From IMG/VR virus record IMGVR_UViG_3300032236_001859, positions 62,001-126,000 of that record: a stretch of DNA of 64,000 nucleotides; one strand, written 5' to 3'. How positions within the stretch are numbered: the stretch's first letter is position 1; each line of letters begins with the position of its first letter. Both the position numbers and the translations under genes were made by a program. The notes beneath the pieces are model-generated. The model was not told the DNA's origin. It did no database searches and saw only the letters and a program-made list of their open reading frames with translations. Positions 16,608 to 26,553 of the stretch are shown piece after piece.

Positions 16608-17311
16608 GTCGCCCCCTGGAGTTCGACACGAACACGACCACCCCCAAGTGGGTTCACGTTGACCCTGTGGGGGCCATCATGGGGTGACATCGCGATAAAG
16701 GAGATGTTACCTGCGGAGTCTGGGAGAACGCCGTTTATGGTTTTCAGGGCACGCCTGGCTTCAACACGGCCGGCGTAGGGGTCGCCTACCCCAGACACCG
16801 AGAACCCAGTTGGGGTTCTTTCCAAGCGGATGCCATTGGCACCGACGAGGTAGACATCACCGGTGAGCGTGGTGCCGTCGGGGAGGGTGACCCCGCGTCG
16901 CCACGCGGGATCCGAGACCACGACGACATGGGGGACCAGGGGAGCCGCGAACACATAGGTACGTGGGAACCAGGAACGCACGATCTCGGTGGCATCGGGG
17001 TCGACAACAATGAACCCAGTGGAGACCCCTTGAAACCTGACATCGACGCGACCACCACCGGTGGAGGGGAACACAGCGGTACCCACGGGATCCCCTGCGG
17101 AATCCGTGAAGGTCATCGTGATCCCACGTGCTGGGCTCACCGTGATTTCACCGAGAGCAGCACGTGATGTCGTCGATCTCATGAACAAGGCGGCGTCGAG
17201 AATGAAATCCGCGGGGATCCGGAGACCCTCGGATTCCGGGGGCTCCGAGGCCTGGAAGGGGTAACTGAGCCCCTTGAGACTGTCTTCCCATTGTTGGCCA
17301 TAGATGTTCAT
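16604..17311 (-). CDS. Baseplate/fibre paralog
   Basis: W...SYPF...ILDA; LKTINGVLPDSAGNI. Confidence 0.7.
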   Translation of the reverse strand: MNIYGQQWEDSLKGLSYPFQASEPPESEGLRIPADFILDAALFMRSTTSRAALGEITVSPARGITMTFTDSAGDPVGTAVFPSTGGGRVDVRFQGVSTGFIVVDPDATEIVRSWFPRTYVFAAPLVPHVVVVSDPAWRRGVTLPDGTTLTGDVYLVGANGIRLERTPTGFSVSGVGDPYAGRVEARRALKTINGVLPDSAGNISFIAMSPHDGPHRVNVNPLGGGRVRVELQGAT

Positions 17312-18060
17312 GCGCAGGCGTCTCCTGGATCCGACACGAATATCCTGCCGGGGACCCCTGAGTCGACAATGGAGACCACGGGCTCCCCAGGGGCCTTCAT
17401 GATGGTTACCGCGACGACTTCGAGGTTGCCATTGATGTCAGGGAGGACTCCGTTGATCTCACGAATCGGTGGGGTCCGCAGGGCCTCGGCTTCAGCTGAG
17501 ACCTCACAGGGATTCATGGCGACGAGTCGATTTGTTGCGATAAGCCCGATCTTGGCCACCGTTGTAGTCACAATCGAGGAGTCCTGGAGTCGGACCCGCA
17601 TGGTCTCCGCGGTGATCTCAACCCCGGGTCCGGCGACCATGGATACCCGGCCTCCAATGGGGATGCCATGCACGGTAACCGTGGGATCACTGGATCCCAG
17701 GGGATAAACTATAACACACTCGGGGAGCACGGCGAAGGCTCCATCGAGGCGCAGGCGACGACGCGTAATCCCGGATCCCAGTGTTATGGTCCCGGAGACC
17801 CCGGATACCACGGGTTCGAGATCCAGGGGGATCTGGACGATGTCTGCAGTGTTCTCCACGGTGATGTAAGCGATGACTTCACCACCAGCGGAGAGCACAA
17901 CGCTGACAACCAACGCAGTAACCGAAATCGAGGAGATCACGATATCCCCGAATCCACCGGGGACATGGATCAGGAGATCCACGATGACGTCGTGGTCGAG
18001 CCCACTGGAATCATCGACCAGGGGATACGAGATGAGTTCGTTGTTATCAAACCAGGTCAT
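17308..18060 (-). CDS. Baseplate/fibre paralog
   Basis: WFDNNELISYPL...IVDL; IREINGVLPDINGNL. Confidence 0.7.
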   Translation of the reverse strand: MTWFDNNELISYPLVDDSSGLDHDVIVDLLIHVPGGFGDIVISSISVTALVVSVVLSAGGEVIAYITVENTADIVQIPLDLEPVVSGVSGTITLGSGITRRRLRLDGAFAVLPECVIVYPLGSSDPTVTVHGIPIGGRVSMVAGPGVEITAETMRVRLQDSSIVTTTVAKIGLIATNRLVAMNPCEVSAEAEALRTPPIREINGVLPDINGNLEVVAVTIMKAPGEPVVSIVDSGVPGRIFVSDPGDACA

Positions 18061-19370
18061 GGGGTCACCGATGGGGAACTCAAGAGGTCAATGGCTGGGG
18101 TGAGATCCTTATCGATGGTTCCCGCGAGTTCTTGAACCGTGGATCCACTCATGAAGTGGATATCGGCGTGGAGGTGCCAGTGCCCGGTAGTCGGGGAACC
18201 AATAATCATGCGCTTGGCCTCTGAGTTGAGACCAACGCTGTCCTGGGCTTCGACATCGACAACAGCGGTTCCCGGGAATCCCGTGAAATCAGCGAAGGCT
18301 TCACCACCACTCAAGGTGTGCTGGACCAGCCATGAACTCTGTTGGGATACCAACTGAGCCGCGAGTCCGGCCGGCGTAATCGTCACGGTCATCGTGACGC
18401 GAATCTTGCGCTCCGAGTTGTTTACGATGGCGAGGTAGAGCTGGGTAAAATAGGGTCGATTGACAACTCGTTCGACAATCTCCAGGGGACCCGTGGGGGT
18501 CATGATGTCACCCCTGGCCTCGACCTCAGCGATTTTCTCGTTGGCCTTGGCGACGACGTGCTGGTATCTATTGAACTGGTTGTGGTAGATGGCGCCCAGG
18601 GACTGATAGTAAGTCGCCTGGTCTTCCAGCTTATCCTGTACCGTGGCGAGATCCTCGCACTTCACACAGGGATCACAGGTATTCTTGATGACCACTCGAT
18701 TCGGAAACAGGGGATCCACACTGGGTACGATTCTGTAACACGGTCCAGCTTCGACGTGCAGGCTACCCTGGGAATCCGCGATGGCTTGGCCCAGGGAGTA
18801 AGCGTGGTCGCAGGGCGTCGCCGAGCAGTCCACGCGATCCTCGGGATCCGAGAAAGCCACGGAGACCTGTTGACCTAGACTCGTCAGAGTCGAGTAGTCT
18901 TCGAGACGGATGACGACATCCCCGGTGAGGCCCTGGATCGAGGTGACGCCATGGAGACGCCGTGAGCACACCCGTGCCGCAAACTCGACTGGTGCTGCCA
19001 AAGCGGCGAGTCCAGTGATCCCAGCGGTACTCACGATAAGCCGGATTTGACCACCGGAGCCCTGGGCATCCAGACACCTGAAGCCTCCACCGAGGTCGAT
19101 AGAGGTCGCCACAGCGGTATCTATGAATACCCCGGTGGCCCCGGAGACCTGGATAACGGCGAGACCCAGGGGATCCACTGCCAGGGGGTCATAGTTGGGG
19201 TTGAAGGCTTCAAGGATGTAGGGGCCGTCTTGATCCCCGACAACAAGGGCATCGGCGACCACTGATGTGATGAGGACATCACTGGGGTCGGCACCAACGC
19301 TGATGGACTCCGTGGAGTCCACGAAGGGGTACGCGATGTCCAGGTTGGATTCCAGGAATCCTGTGGTCAT
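18057..19370 (-). CDS. Baseplate/fibre paralog with Cys knot and coiled coil
   Basis: NLDIAYPF...VADA; NTCDPCVKC followed by a coiled coil; ATGA overlap at 19370. Confidence 0.7.
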   Translation of the reverse strand: MTTGFLESNLDIAYPFVDSTESISVGADPSDVLITSVVADALVVGDQDGPYILEAFNPNYDPLAVDPLGLAVIQVSGATGVFIDTAVATSIDLGGGFRCLDAQGSGGQIRLIVSTAGITGLAALAAPVEFAARVCSRRLHGVTSIQGLTGDVVIRLEDYSTLTSLGQQVSVAFSDPEDRVDCSATPCDHAYSLGQAIADSQGSLHVEAGPCYRIVPSVDPLFPNRVVIKNTCDPCVKCEDLATVQDKLEDQATYYQSLGAIYHNQFNRYQHVVAKANEKIAEVEARGDIMTPTGPLEIVERVVNRPYFTQLYLAIVNNSERKIRVTMTVTITPAGLAAQLVSQQSSWLVQHTLSGGEAFADFTGFPGTAVVDVEAQDSVGLNSEAKRMIIGSPTTGHWHLHADIHFMSGSTVQELAGTIDKDLTPAIDLLSSPSVTP

Positions 19371-20245
19371 TGCTGCAACCACCCCTCGACGCCACGAAGG
19401 GCACTCTCGACCTGAGCCGCCTTGTTGGCGAGATCGGCGAGGAGTCTGTCGAGGTCTCGGGTAGCCGTGGCCACCGCAGTGATCTCGGCGTCGCCACAGC
19501 AGGGTTCAGCACAGCGATCCGTGAGTTTGAGTCCATTGGTGATCGTGGAGAGATCAGGGCAGCCCTCAGTAACCACTTCAAGGTTACCGTTGATGTCGGG
19601 GGTTACCCCGTTGATGCTTCTAATCGCGGCACGGTTGAGCCCACCGGGGTCTTCGCACCCACATGGGTTAATAACAACCCCGGACGTCATCCCGATCGTG
19701 ATCTCTTGACCAACCACGGTCATCTCGGCATTGGTACCCGGCATCACCGTGATGTCGCCAACAAGTCGAACCGTTCTGCCCAGGGCATCTATAACAGTCA
19801 GCGAGGTCACCCCGGTTTGACCCGGGGCTATCAGGGTTGGGATAATGCGAGTCGCCGCCAATGCGAACGTGTAATCGAGGACACCTGCGGCGAGGACAGC
19901 GGAGGCCCCGCCGAGCACAATGGTGCCGTTTACAGCGTATCCAATGAGACCAGTGACAATGTAACTCTGGTATTCCTCAGTGGAGATCGAGGGTACCGCG
20001 GTGGTCGCCACATCGACGCCATCACATGCAAAGGTCAGGAGCAGACCGGTGCCAAATGCCCGGATACGGGATAGGTAGAATTTGGTGGGGTCCAGGGATG
20101 CCGCCGCGGACAACCTGAGATCCACAATGAGGTCGTCGGGGAGCACGAAGCCCCCCTCGACGGCAGCACGTGATGCCGAATCCAGGAAAGGGAAGGCACG
20201 ATCTGAGTTGAGATCATACCAGTTGGGATTCGTGATTGTGGTCAC
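19367..20245 (-). CDS. Baseplate/fibre paralog with Cys knot and coiled coil
   Basis: WYDLNSDRAFPF...IVDL; IRSINGVTPDINGNL; DRCAEPCCG followed by a coiled coil. Confidence 0.7.
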   Translation of the reverse strand: MTTITNPNWYDLNSDRAFPFLDSASRAAVEGGFVLPDDLIVDLRLSAAASLDPTKFYLSRIRAFGTGLLLTFACDGVDVATTAVPSISTEEYQSYIVTGLIGYAVNGTIVLGGASAVLAAGVLDYTFALAATRIIPTLIAPGQTGVTSLTVIDALGRTVRLVGDITVMPGTNAEMTVVGQEITIGMTSGVVINPCGCEDPGGLNRAAIRSINGVTPDINGNLEVVTEGCPDLSTITNGLKLTDRCAEPCCGDAEITAVATATRDLDRLLADLANKAAQVESALRGVEGWLQQ

Positions 20246-20284
20246 ACGGCGCCCTTAGTCTCGACGTGGAGACTTTTTTAGAGG

Positions 20285-22066
20285 TCAGACGAGTTCGTAC
20301 TCCACTCGGAGTACGGTTATGTTTCCAGAGTAGCCATCTGCGGCATTCCGGGAGAGCCTGAGGACCACGGTGGATCCCCCGGGGACCCCAGGAAGTGTGA
20401 TAGCCTTGGTGACCTCGTATTTGCCCAGGCGAGGTGCGGGTCCGAGATCCGTGTTGGCATCAGTGAATGCCAGAAGGTTGGCCCAGCCCGGGATCACCGC
20501 AGGGGTCGTCGACGGGGGTACAACCTTGTAGTCGAGCTGCATGGGGATCCCCGTGGGCAGCGCGGCATCAGAGTTCACGAAAACCCAGAACTTGAGGTTC
20601 AGGGTGGACAGTACGAGACCAGGGGGCACAAACAGGGTCCACGTCGGCGCCGCGGTGCGCTGGGCCACCAAGGTGACACCCTGGAGCCCTGAGATGCTTT
20701 CGATCTTGGCATTGTTGAGATCAGCGATATCCGCGTTGCCCTGGGTGAGAATCGTGTTGCTCAGCGCAAGGGTGACATCGCCGTAATAACCCTCGGCGGC
20801 GTTGCCCTGAGTTCCCGTGACCACGATTCCAGGGGCACCCTTGATCTTGGCGATTACGGAGCCACGAACGAATTGCTTACCTGCAATGGTCTTCACGGCC
20901 AGCGCTGATGCCGGGATCGCGGGATCCGGAACCGGCAGGGCTTCCTTCAAGGATTTGATCGAGAGTTGGAGGGTGCCATCTGTGGCCGGGTTTCCACCGA
21001 GGTCGAGGAAGGCTGCCTCAAGTTCTGATGCCGGGCTCATGCTCAGGGAGCGCACGATGCCACCATCAGTGGCCAATAGGATGCGTGAAAACCAGAACTG
21101 GATGTTTTCTTCGTTGGCAGGATCTACCTGAACATTCTCCGACCACGGTGCCGCATTGGTGGCATCGTTCTTGTTCTGGGTCCACCAGATCCCGAACTCG
21201 TTGACCACAATACGCCCCATGGGCTGGAGCTCGGTGCCCCGGACGACCACAAAGGAGTCCACGGGTACCGGTGGGAACAGGGATCGCAGAGTGGCATCAG
21301 TGGGATGATCGAGATTGTACCAGAACGATGATGCAGCGGTGACCCCAGGAGGCACGTTTACCGCGGGTTGCGTTGTCGCCGGTAACCAGCCACGATACGC
21401 AGCGTTGGGTACCGTGATTGACCAGACGCCCAAGGTTTCCGTGATATCAGTGGCGACATCGGCTACTGCGGGCAGCGGGCTCAGCGTGAACTCGTGATGG
21501 GTGTGCGAGGCGTAATCGGGGTTTCCGGCGCGGATATCCATGGCACCCGAGGCACTGAGCTGACCAACGTAGACGCCGAGACCACTGGGGGTCAGGGTGA
21601 GGAATCCAGCTTGGGTTGAAGACAAATAATAGTGCCCGGGTACCGCGATACCGCCGACGAGATCCCTGGTTTCGATGTGAGCCGCCCACTGTGTTAAAGT
21701 GAGACCGGTGAAACGCCCGGTGACCCCGATGACCCCGTTGGTATCGGCTTCCTTGGCGACCAAGATGCCAGCAAAGAAACTCTGGGGTAACGCGGGGTTC
21801 CCGTTTTCCTGGGAACGCGTCGCCGAGATCGCGGGGAAATAAGTGTTCGTGGCGCCGTCGAGATATACAGGAGTACCCACTGTCATCCCGGGTTGCAGGA
21901 TGGCATCAGGGATCTCAAGCATCTGTGATGCCGCCAGGGCATCCAAGATCTCTTTGAGATTCTGGGTACGCGAGGCGAGATCCTGAGATGGCCTATTGGC
22001 CACCGCAGCATTCACGGGCTCGCCGTCCATGATGAAACGAATAAGTCTGGTGTATGGTGTCAGCAT
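20285..22066 (-). CDS. Tail fibre or baseplate structural protein (593 aa)
   Basis: N-terminal ANRPSQDLASRTQNLK is a fibre-anchor type motif; beta-rich. Confidence 0.65.
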   Translation of the reverse strand: MLTPYTRLIRFIMDGEPVNAAVANRPSQDLASRTQNLKEILDALAASQMLEIPDAILQPGMTVGTPVYLDGATNTYFPAISATRSQENGNPALPQSFFAGILVAKEADTNGVIGVTGRFTGLTLTQWAAHIETRDLVGGIAVPGHYYLSSTQAGFLTLTPSGLGVYVGQLSASGAMDIRAGNPDYASHTHHEFTLSPLPAVADVATDITETLGVWSITVPNAAYRGWLPATTQPAVNVPPGVTAASSFWYNLDHPTDATLRSLFPPVPVDSFVVVRGTELQPMGRIVVNEFGIWWTQNKNDATNAAPWSENVQVDPANEENIQFWFSRILLATDGGIVRSLSMSPASELEAAFLDLGGNPATDGTLQLSIKSLKEALPVPDPAIPASALAVKTIAGKQFVRGSVIAKIKGAPGIVVTGTQGNAAEGYYGDVTLALSNTILTQGNADIADLNNAKIESISGLQGVTLVAQRTAAPTWTLFVPPGLVLSTLNLKFWVFVNSDAALPTGIPMQLDYKVVPPSTTPAVIPGWANLLAFTDANTDLGPAPRLGKYEVTKAITLPGVPGGSTVVLRLSRNAADGYSGNITVLRVEYELV

Positions 22067-22067
22067 T

Positions 22068-22625
22068 TTAGGTGGCCTCAGTCATCCAGGTTGCCGCGAC
22101 TTGGCCAGAGCTGCCAACGTCGAGAGGTGTGGTCAGCTTGAACCTGGCATAGACGAGGTCATCCACGATTGTGGTCCCTGGTCCAGGTGAAGCCACGAGG
22201 CACAAGGCGAAGATTGTGGATCCCGCGGCAGCTGAGAATGCGAGCCCATTGATTTCACCCACGGCGCCCTGGGAGAGTGCATGGTAGGTGCCCCGGTTCC
22301 CCGTGTACTTCAAGGGGTCGGATGCCGCCAGTAAGGGCTGGGCGACCAGGGGACCCCGGATGATGTCACGGGTGCCCACTGCGGCGGCACGCACTGATGC
22401 CGAGGTATCATCGCGTGATGGTGTCGGGCTCGCGGGGCCCGCGTTGTCAAACTCAAACCACATCCGCGCCAACCGGAACCGGGCATCCCCGGAGAGCAGC
22501 TTGGCGACGATGTCGGCGCCCTGGTAGGTCACCAGGTTTAGCCCAGTGACAGCCCCCTTGGGGCTCTCAGGGCACCACACCCTGACCTGGCTTCGGAAAT
22601 CTGAGAGATCAAGAGATGACTTCAT
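22068..22625 (-). CDS. Baseplate or tail-collar-type structural protein
   Basis: NLVTYQGADIVAKLLSG motif; located after the wedge gene; ATGA overlap. Confidence 0.55.
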   Translation of the reverse strand: MKSSLDLSDFRSQVRVWCPESPKGAVTGLNLVTYQGADIVAKLLSGDARFRLARMWFEFDNAGPASPTPSRDDTSASVRAAAVGTRDIIRGPLVAQPLLAASDPLKYTGNRGTYHALSQGAVGEINGLAFSAAAGSTIFALCLVASPGPGTTIVDDLVYARFKLTTPLDVGSSGQVAATWMTEAT

Positions 22626-24109
22626 GCGTTCCACACTTTCGGCTCGTAGTCCGTGGTTGTAATTGAATCGTTCCCGATAGCCATTCCTGCGGTGATCTCG
22701 ACGAGATCCTGGGTACCCCCAGCACTTGCTGAGACCTGTTCAGGACTCCCGATTTCTGCCATGGAAAGGCTATCCTCAACGGGGTCCAGGGCAATCTGGG
22801 TGATAACCAGGACACCGGCGGGAAGTAATGATTTTATTCTACCCAGGAACCCGGTTTCACGGCTCAGGAAGTCCTGTGGTTTCACCTCAATGAAAACCAA
22901 GCTGCTGCCCAGGATGTTATCGAGCATGAACGCCAGGGGATTCACGGGGATACTGGCATCAACGAAATCCGCCAATGGTTTCCCAGCGGAGACCCCTCGG
23001 GCATGAACACGATCCCAGAACTCGGAGACATCCCGATCGCTCCCCAGGACCTCGAAGCGAACCTCGGGTTCACCATCACGGATGCCGAGCACACTCCAGG
23101 ACCCCAGACGGTTCGGGATCACCACGGTTCCCGTGATATCAGTGAGTTCAGGACTCAAGACGAGGCCGTTGATATTTGAGATATTGTCGGGGTTACCATC
23201 ACTGAAATCGGTGATCACCACGGTGTCGAATACGAAGTCACCTGGTTTCAGGTGATCCCCAACGCTGACCAAAGGGGTCGCCTTGGCGTGCCCACGATAC
23301 ACGGTCTTATCAGTGACGACGACGAGACCATCGATGTCGAGTTCGACGACTTCGACGACCTCTGTGCCCTCGACATACTTGAGACCCGCTGAGGCGAGAA
23401 GCCCGCGTTCCAGGGCTTCAACACTTGGACCCTGGAGGAGCATGGACCACGTGGCCTCCACGGTGTCAATGTAGGCCTGCGAGGATTCTCCACCGATGCC
23501 GACCACGGAGCCAAAGCGGAGATACGGGGTGCGTTCATCGATCTCGATGTCCCGCATCCAGAGCTTCAGACGGCGGTCCTGCCGAGTCGCCCCCGTGGCG
23601 TCTGTATAAGTCTTCGGGGTGCCATCAGCGTTATACAAGAGTTCAGAGGTAACTACCTCAAATGGGTTCTCTCTGAAACGGAGGACTCCAGCGGAGACAT
23701 CAAATACGAAGTTTGTGATATCCCAGATATAGGTCGGGGTCACAATTTTATCTGTGATGATCCCGATACTTCTGAGCTGAGATGGTGCTGGCCAGGCAAA
23801 GCTCGCCGCTGCGGTTTGCCCGTAAACAAAGCTGCCATCAAACCTGCGACCCTCGGACCCAAATACGATGATGTTGGGTTCCACGGTAAGCCCGGATTCC
23901 AGGAGTTCGAGGAGTCCCCATTGCCGGGTCAGATAGGGCTGAATGGTATGAATTGAGATCGCGGCGGTGAGATCCGTGTTCCTCAGATTGACATCCTCTT
24001 CGACCATGAGTTCCGCGAAGGTTTCCAAGGTGAGGAGATCGGCGTCACTGAGTTGCCTCTGCCAGAACTCTCCCAAGGCGTAGAACAACGCCTTGGAGTC
24101 CGTGGTCAT
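22622..24109 (-). CDS. Baseplate wedge protein
   Basis: Directly downstream of baseplate J; start MTTDSK at 24109. Confidence 0.6.
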   Translation of the reverse strand: MTTDSKALFYALGEFWQRQLSDADLLTLETFAELMVEEDVNLRNTDLTAAISIHTIQPYLTRQWGLLELLESGLTVEPNIIVFGSEGRRFDGSFVYGQTAAASFAWPAPSQLRSIGIITDKIVTPTYIWDITNFVFDVSAGVLRFRENPFEVVTSELLYNADGTPKTYTDATGATRQDRRLKLWMRDIEIDERTPYLRFGSVVGIGGESSQAYIDTVEATWSMLLQGPSVEALERGLLASAGLKYVEGTEVVEVVELDIDGLVVVTDKTVYRGHAKATPLVSVGDHLKPGDFVFDTVVITDFSDGNPDNISNINGLVLSPELTDITGTVVIPNRLGSWSVLGIRDGEPEVRFEVLGSDRDVSEFWDRVHARGVSAGKPLADFVDASIPVNPLAFMLDNILGSSLVFIEVKPQDFLSRETGFLGRIKSLLPAGVLVITQIALDPVEDSLSMAEIGSPEQVSASAGGTQDLVEITAGMAIGNDSITTTDYEPKVWNA

Positions 24110-24128
24110 CGTGGCGCGAAGGCTGGGG

Positions 24129-25730
24129 CTATCGGGAAACAATGGTTACCCCCACGTTCGCCGGCGGGCACGTAAAGAAGGTGTTCAGAGGAGAGAATCC
24201 CTTGGCGTAATCCGTGGGGATCGTGAGGAATGACGAATTGGCGAGGATCACGTTGGTGAGATCAGGTGCCAAGATGGTGGCGTTGAGGACGACGTCGGCG
24301 ACCTCCCCAGATGCGATCAAGGGGGATACCGCGGTGTAAATTGTATAGGGGCTCAGACGGGCAACCCCGAAGTTCAACGCATTGATTGCATTGGATACCG
24401 CGGTCTGGACTTCTGCGATAACCGGTGAGACCCCACCAGGTGGGATCTGGATCTCAAGGGACACCCCGACCATGCAGGGCACCCCGGCTCGAACATAGAT
24501 ATCGGTTCCAGAGGGGCGGACCCCGAGGGCGTAAGAGTAATTCCCGACGGCATCGATCGATGGCATGTAGAGGACATCGACGTCGTACTCTGCTGAGGAT
24601 CCCGCGGGGACATCCGTGGTCAGCGTGGTGTCCGTGAAGACAACGCGGAGATCAACGATGCCGCTGTAATTGAGATCTGAGGTCTTCAGTGTTGTCGGGG
24701 TAAAGACGAGGCCTTGCAGCTTCAGGGGGACCATGCTGACGGGGACGTCACCCTGCGCCCCGGGTGTATTGATTGGGCGGATGAACTGGACGCGATAGAT
24801 ACCTGCGGAGTCCGGGTTAAAGATCGTGAATGCGCGTTGGCGCCCAGTGGACGCCGCAGTAGCCGTGACTCTCAAAGTCTTCTGCACTGGAAACGCTGAG
24901 GTCTTGCACCAGATGTCTTCCTTGGAGCCCTGCGAGGTCCCAAAGACATTCCCACGATCCCGGGTCATCAGACCACTGCCGATGCCGATGACTGCGGTTT
25001 TGATTCCAGCAAACTGGGCATTCAAGGCGGCCTGGATGTGATCGGGACCCCCGAAGGTCTTCGCGGTGACACCATCCTGAGCCCTGGCCAAGAGTTCAGA
25101 TGTGGTCTCTGTATCCTGGCCACCCGTGAAGTCCGTGGCTGCCATGGCGGTTTCCATGCCATCGATGGGGGCCGTGATGGTCAACGCGGTACCCGCACTG
25201 ATGAGCCCAGCGCTACCCGATGTCGTCGCGATCACGGGAACCGTGAACTCGTATTTGCCATCGGCACGGGGGATCAGGATCTTTTGTGTTGAAGTCTCGG
25301 CGACCCCACTGCCGGCGCGGAGGACTCGAATGAAGTCAGATGTCTGATAGGTGACCCCATTGGCACCGAAGAGGTAGCCCGAGGGGATCACATAGGTTGT
25401 GTTGAGGTTGACAACGATGCGCACTGGACCCGACGCCGGGGAGGCCTGGCGTCGGGTGATGTAATAGTTTGAGATCAAGGAGTCCACTTTGGCGGCGTCG
25501 ACATCTACCAAGTTGTCAGCGATGGCCTGCAAGGAAAACGACTTGTTAAGGGCATCAAAGTTGGCGTCGTGAACCGCGGCCATCTGGGCTTCATTTTCGA
25601 CGACGAGACCAGAGATCGCGGAACCATCGGCGAGATCCAAGGTGGGATCACGTTCGATGAGCACTGCCTTCACGAACTCCTTGGCGGCCTGAAAGGTTTC
25701 AGCAGAGATCGGTGCGGTTAGGACTGTCAT
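24129..25730 (-). CDS. Baseplate J-like wedge protein
   Basis: ITRRQASPASG, GSAGLISAGT and FTGGQDTETTSELLARA are gpJ/gp6-family motifs. Confidence 0.85.
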   Translation of the reverse strand: MTVLTAPISAETFQAAKEFVKAVLIERDPTLDLADGSAISGLVVENEAQMAAVHDANFDALNKSFSLQAIADNLVDVDAAKVDSLISNYYITRRQASPASGPVRIVVNLNTTYVIPSGYLFGANGVTYQTSDFIRVLRAGSGVAETSTQKILIPRADGKYEFTVPVIATTSGSAGLISAGTALTITAPIDGMETAMAATDFTGGQDTETTSELLARAQDGVTAKTFGGPDHIQAALNAQFAGIKTAVIGIGSGLMTRDRGNVFGTSQGSKEDIWCKTSAFPVQKTLRVTATAASTGRQRAFTIFNPDSAGIYRVQFIRPINTPGAQGDVPVSMVPLKLQGLVFTPTTLKTSDLNYSGIVDLRVVFTDTTLTTDVPAGSSAEYDVDVLYMPSIDAVGNYSYALGVRPSGTDIYVRAGVPCMVGVSLEIQIPPGGVSPVIAEVQTAVSNAINALNFGVARLSPYTIYTAVSPLIASGEVADVVLNATILAPDLTNVILANSSFLTIPTDYAKGFSPLNTFFTCPPANVGVTIVSR

Positions 25731-26134
25731 GGGACTCTCTCAAGGGGGAACGTGATGACGACATCACCGTTTTGCGTCACAAGTCTGACAACCAGCTTCG
25801 TCGTGTAATCTGGGTTGACAGTGGCTGACTCGAGAACTGCACGGACGATCTGTTCATGATCTGGGTACCCGGATTGATCCCCGAGCTGCCTGACGACCTC
25901 AGATGCCGCCAGCGCGAATTGCTGACGTAGTTTAGCCGTGGTGAGCAAGCGGCCAGTGCGATACAGCCGCGGGAAATCGGTGCCGCGATCTCGGGTGGCA
26001 TTGAAGTCGGAGAAGAAGATGGAAGCAAAGCGGGTAATCAGTTTAGGTGAGTTCTCGAGAACACGCCCCGGAGATGCCCATGCCACCTGGGTAGCCGCAC
26101 CCTGTTCTCTGAAAATGGCGAGATCCGTGGTCAT
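25727..26134 (-). CDS. gp25/gpW-like baseplate protein
   Basis: 135 aa, immediately upstream of J; KLITRF...DRGTDF pattern. Confidence 0.65.
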   Translation of the reverse strand: MTTDLAIFREQGAATQVAWASPGRVLENSPKLITRFASIFFSDFNATRDRGTDFPRLYRTGRLLTTAKLRQQFALAASEVVRQLGDQSGYPDHEQIVRAVLESATVNPDYTTKLVVRLVTQNGDVVITFPLERVP

Positions 26135-26553
26135 ACCGTGGCTTCTTCAGTCTTCGGTGGGATGCCCTCGGGGGCATCGTTGTTGAGTACGAGAGTTTCG
26201 AGTTGGAGATCCCTGCGGGTGCCATCTTCGAGCTCACCCAGGAGTCTCGCAAGGGCATCGGCCCTGGACACCCTGACCACTGCTGCAGTTCTCTTCGCGG
26301 CCTCGAGGAGATGAAGCTGGGGGTAGGCTCCCAAGGGGTAGTCAATTTTGGTGCCTTGTCCAAGCACCGTATAGATCTCCCAGATCTCAGCCTGGATTCC
26401 AGCGGGATCGGGGTCCTTGCTGGAATCCAGCTCAAGTGGGGATGCAAAATCCCCGTTGTTGAGGCCTTGACGTGTGGCCTCCAAGAACTCCCGCCGCTGG
26501 GACATCCAGGCCTCGAAGTCCTTATGGATACCACGAATCTTGGGTTCAGCCAT
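26131..26553 (-). CDS. Hypothetical protein (140 aa)
   Basis: Start MAEPK at 26553 overlaps the sigma gene stop; ATGA overlap downstream. Confidence 0.65.
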   Translation of the reverse strand: MAEPKIRGIHKDFEAWMSQRREFLEATRQGLNNGDFASPLELDSSKDPDPAGIQAEIWEIYTVLGQGTKIDYPLGAYPQLHLLEAAKRTAAVVRVSRADALARLLGELEDGTRRDLQLETLVLNNDAPEGIPPKTEEATV

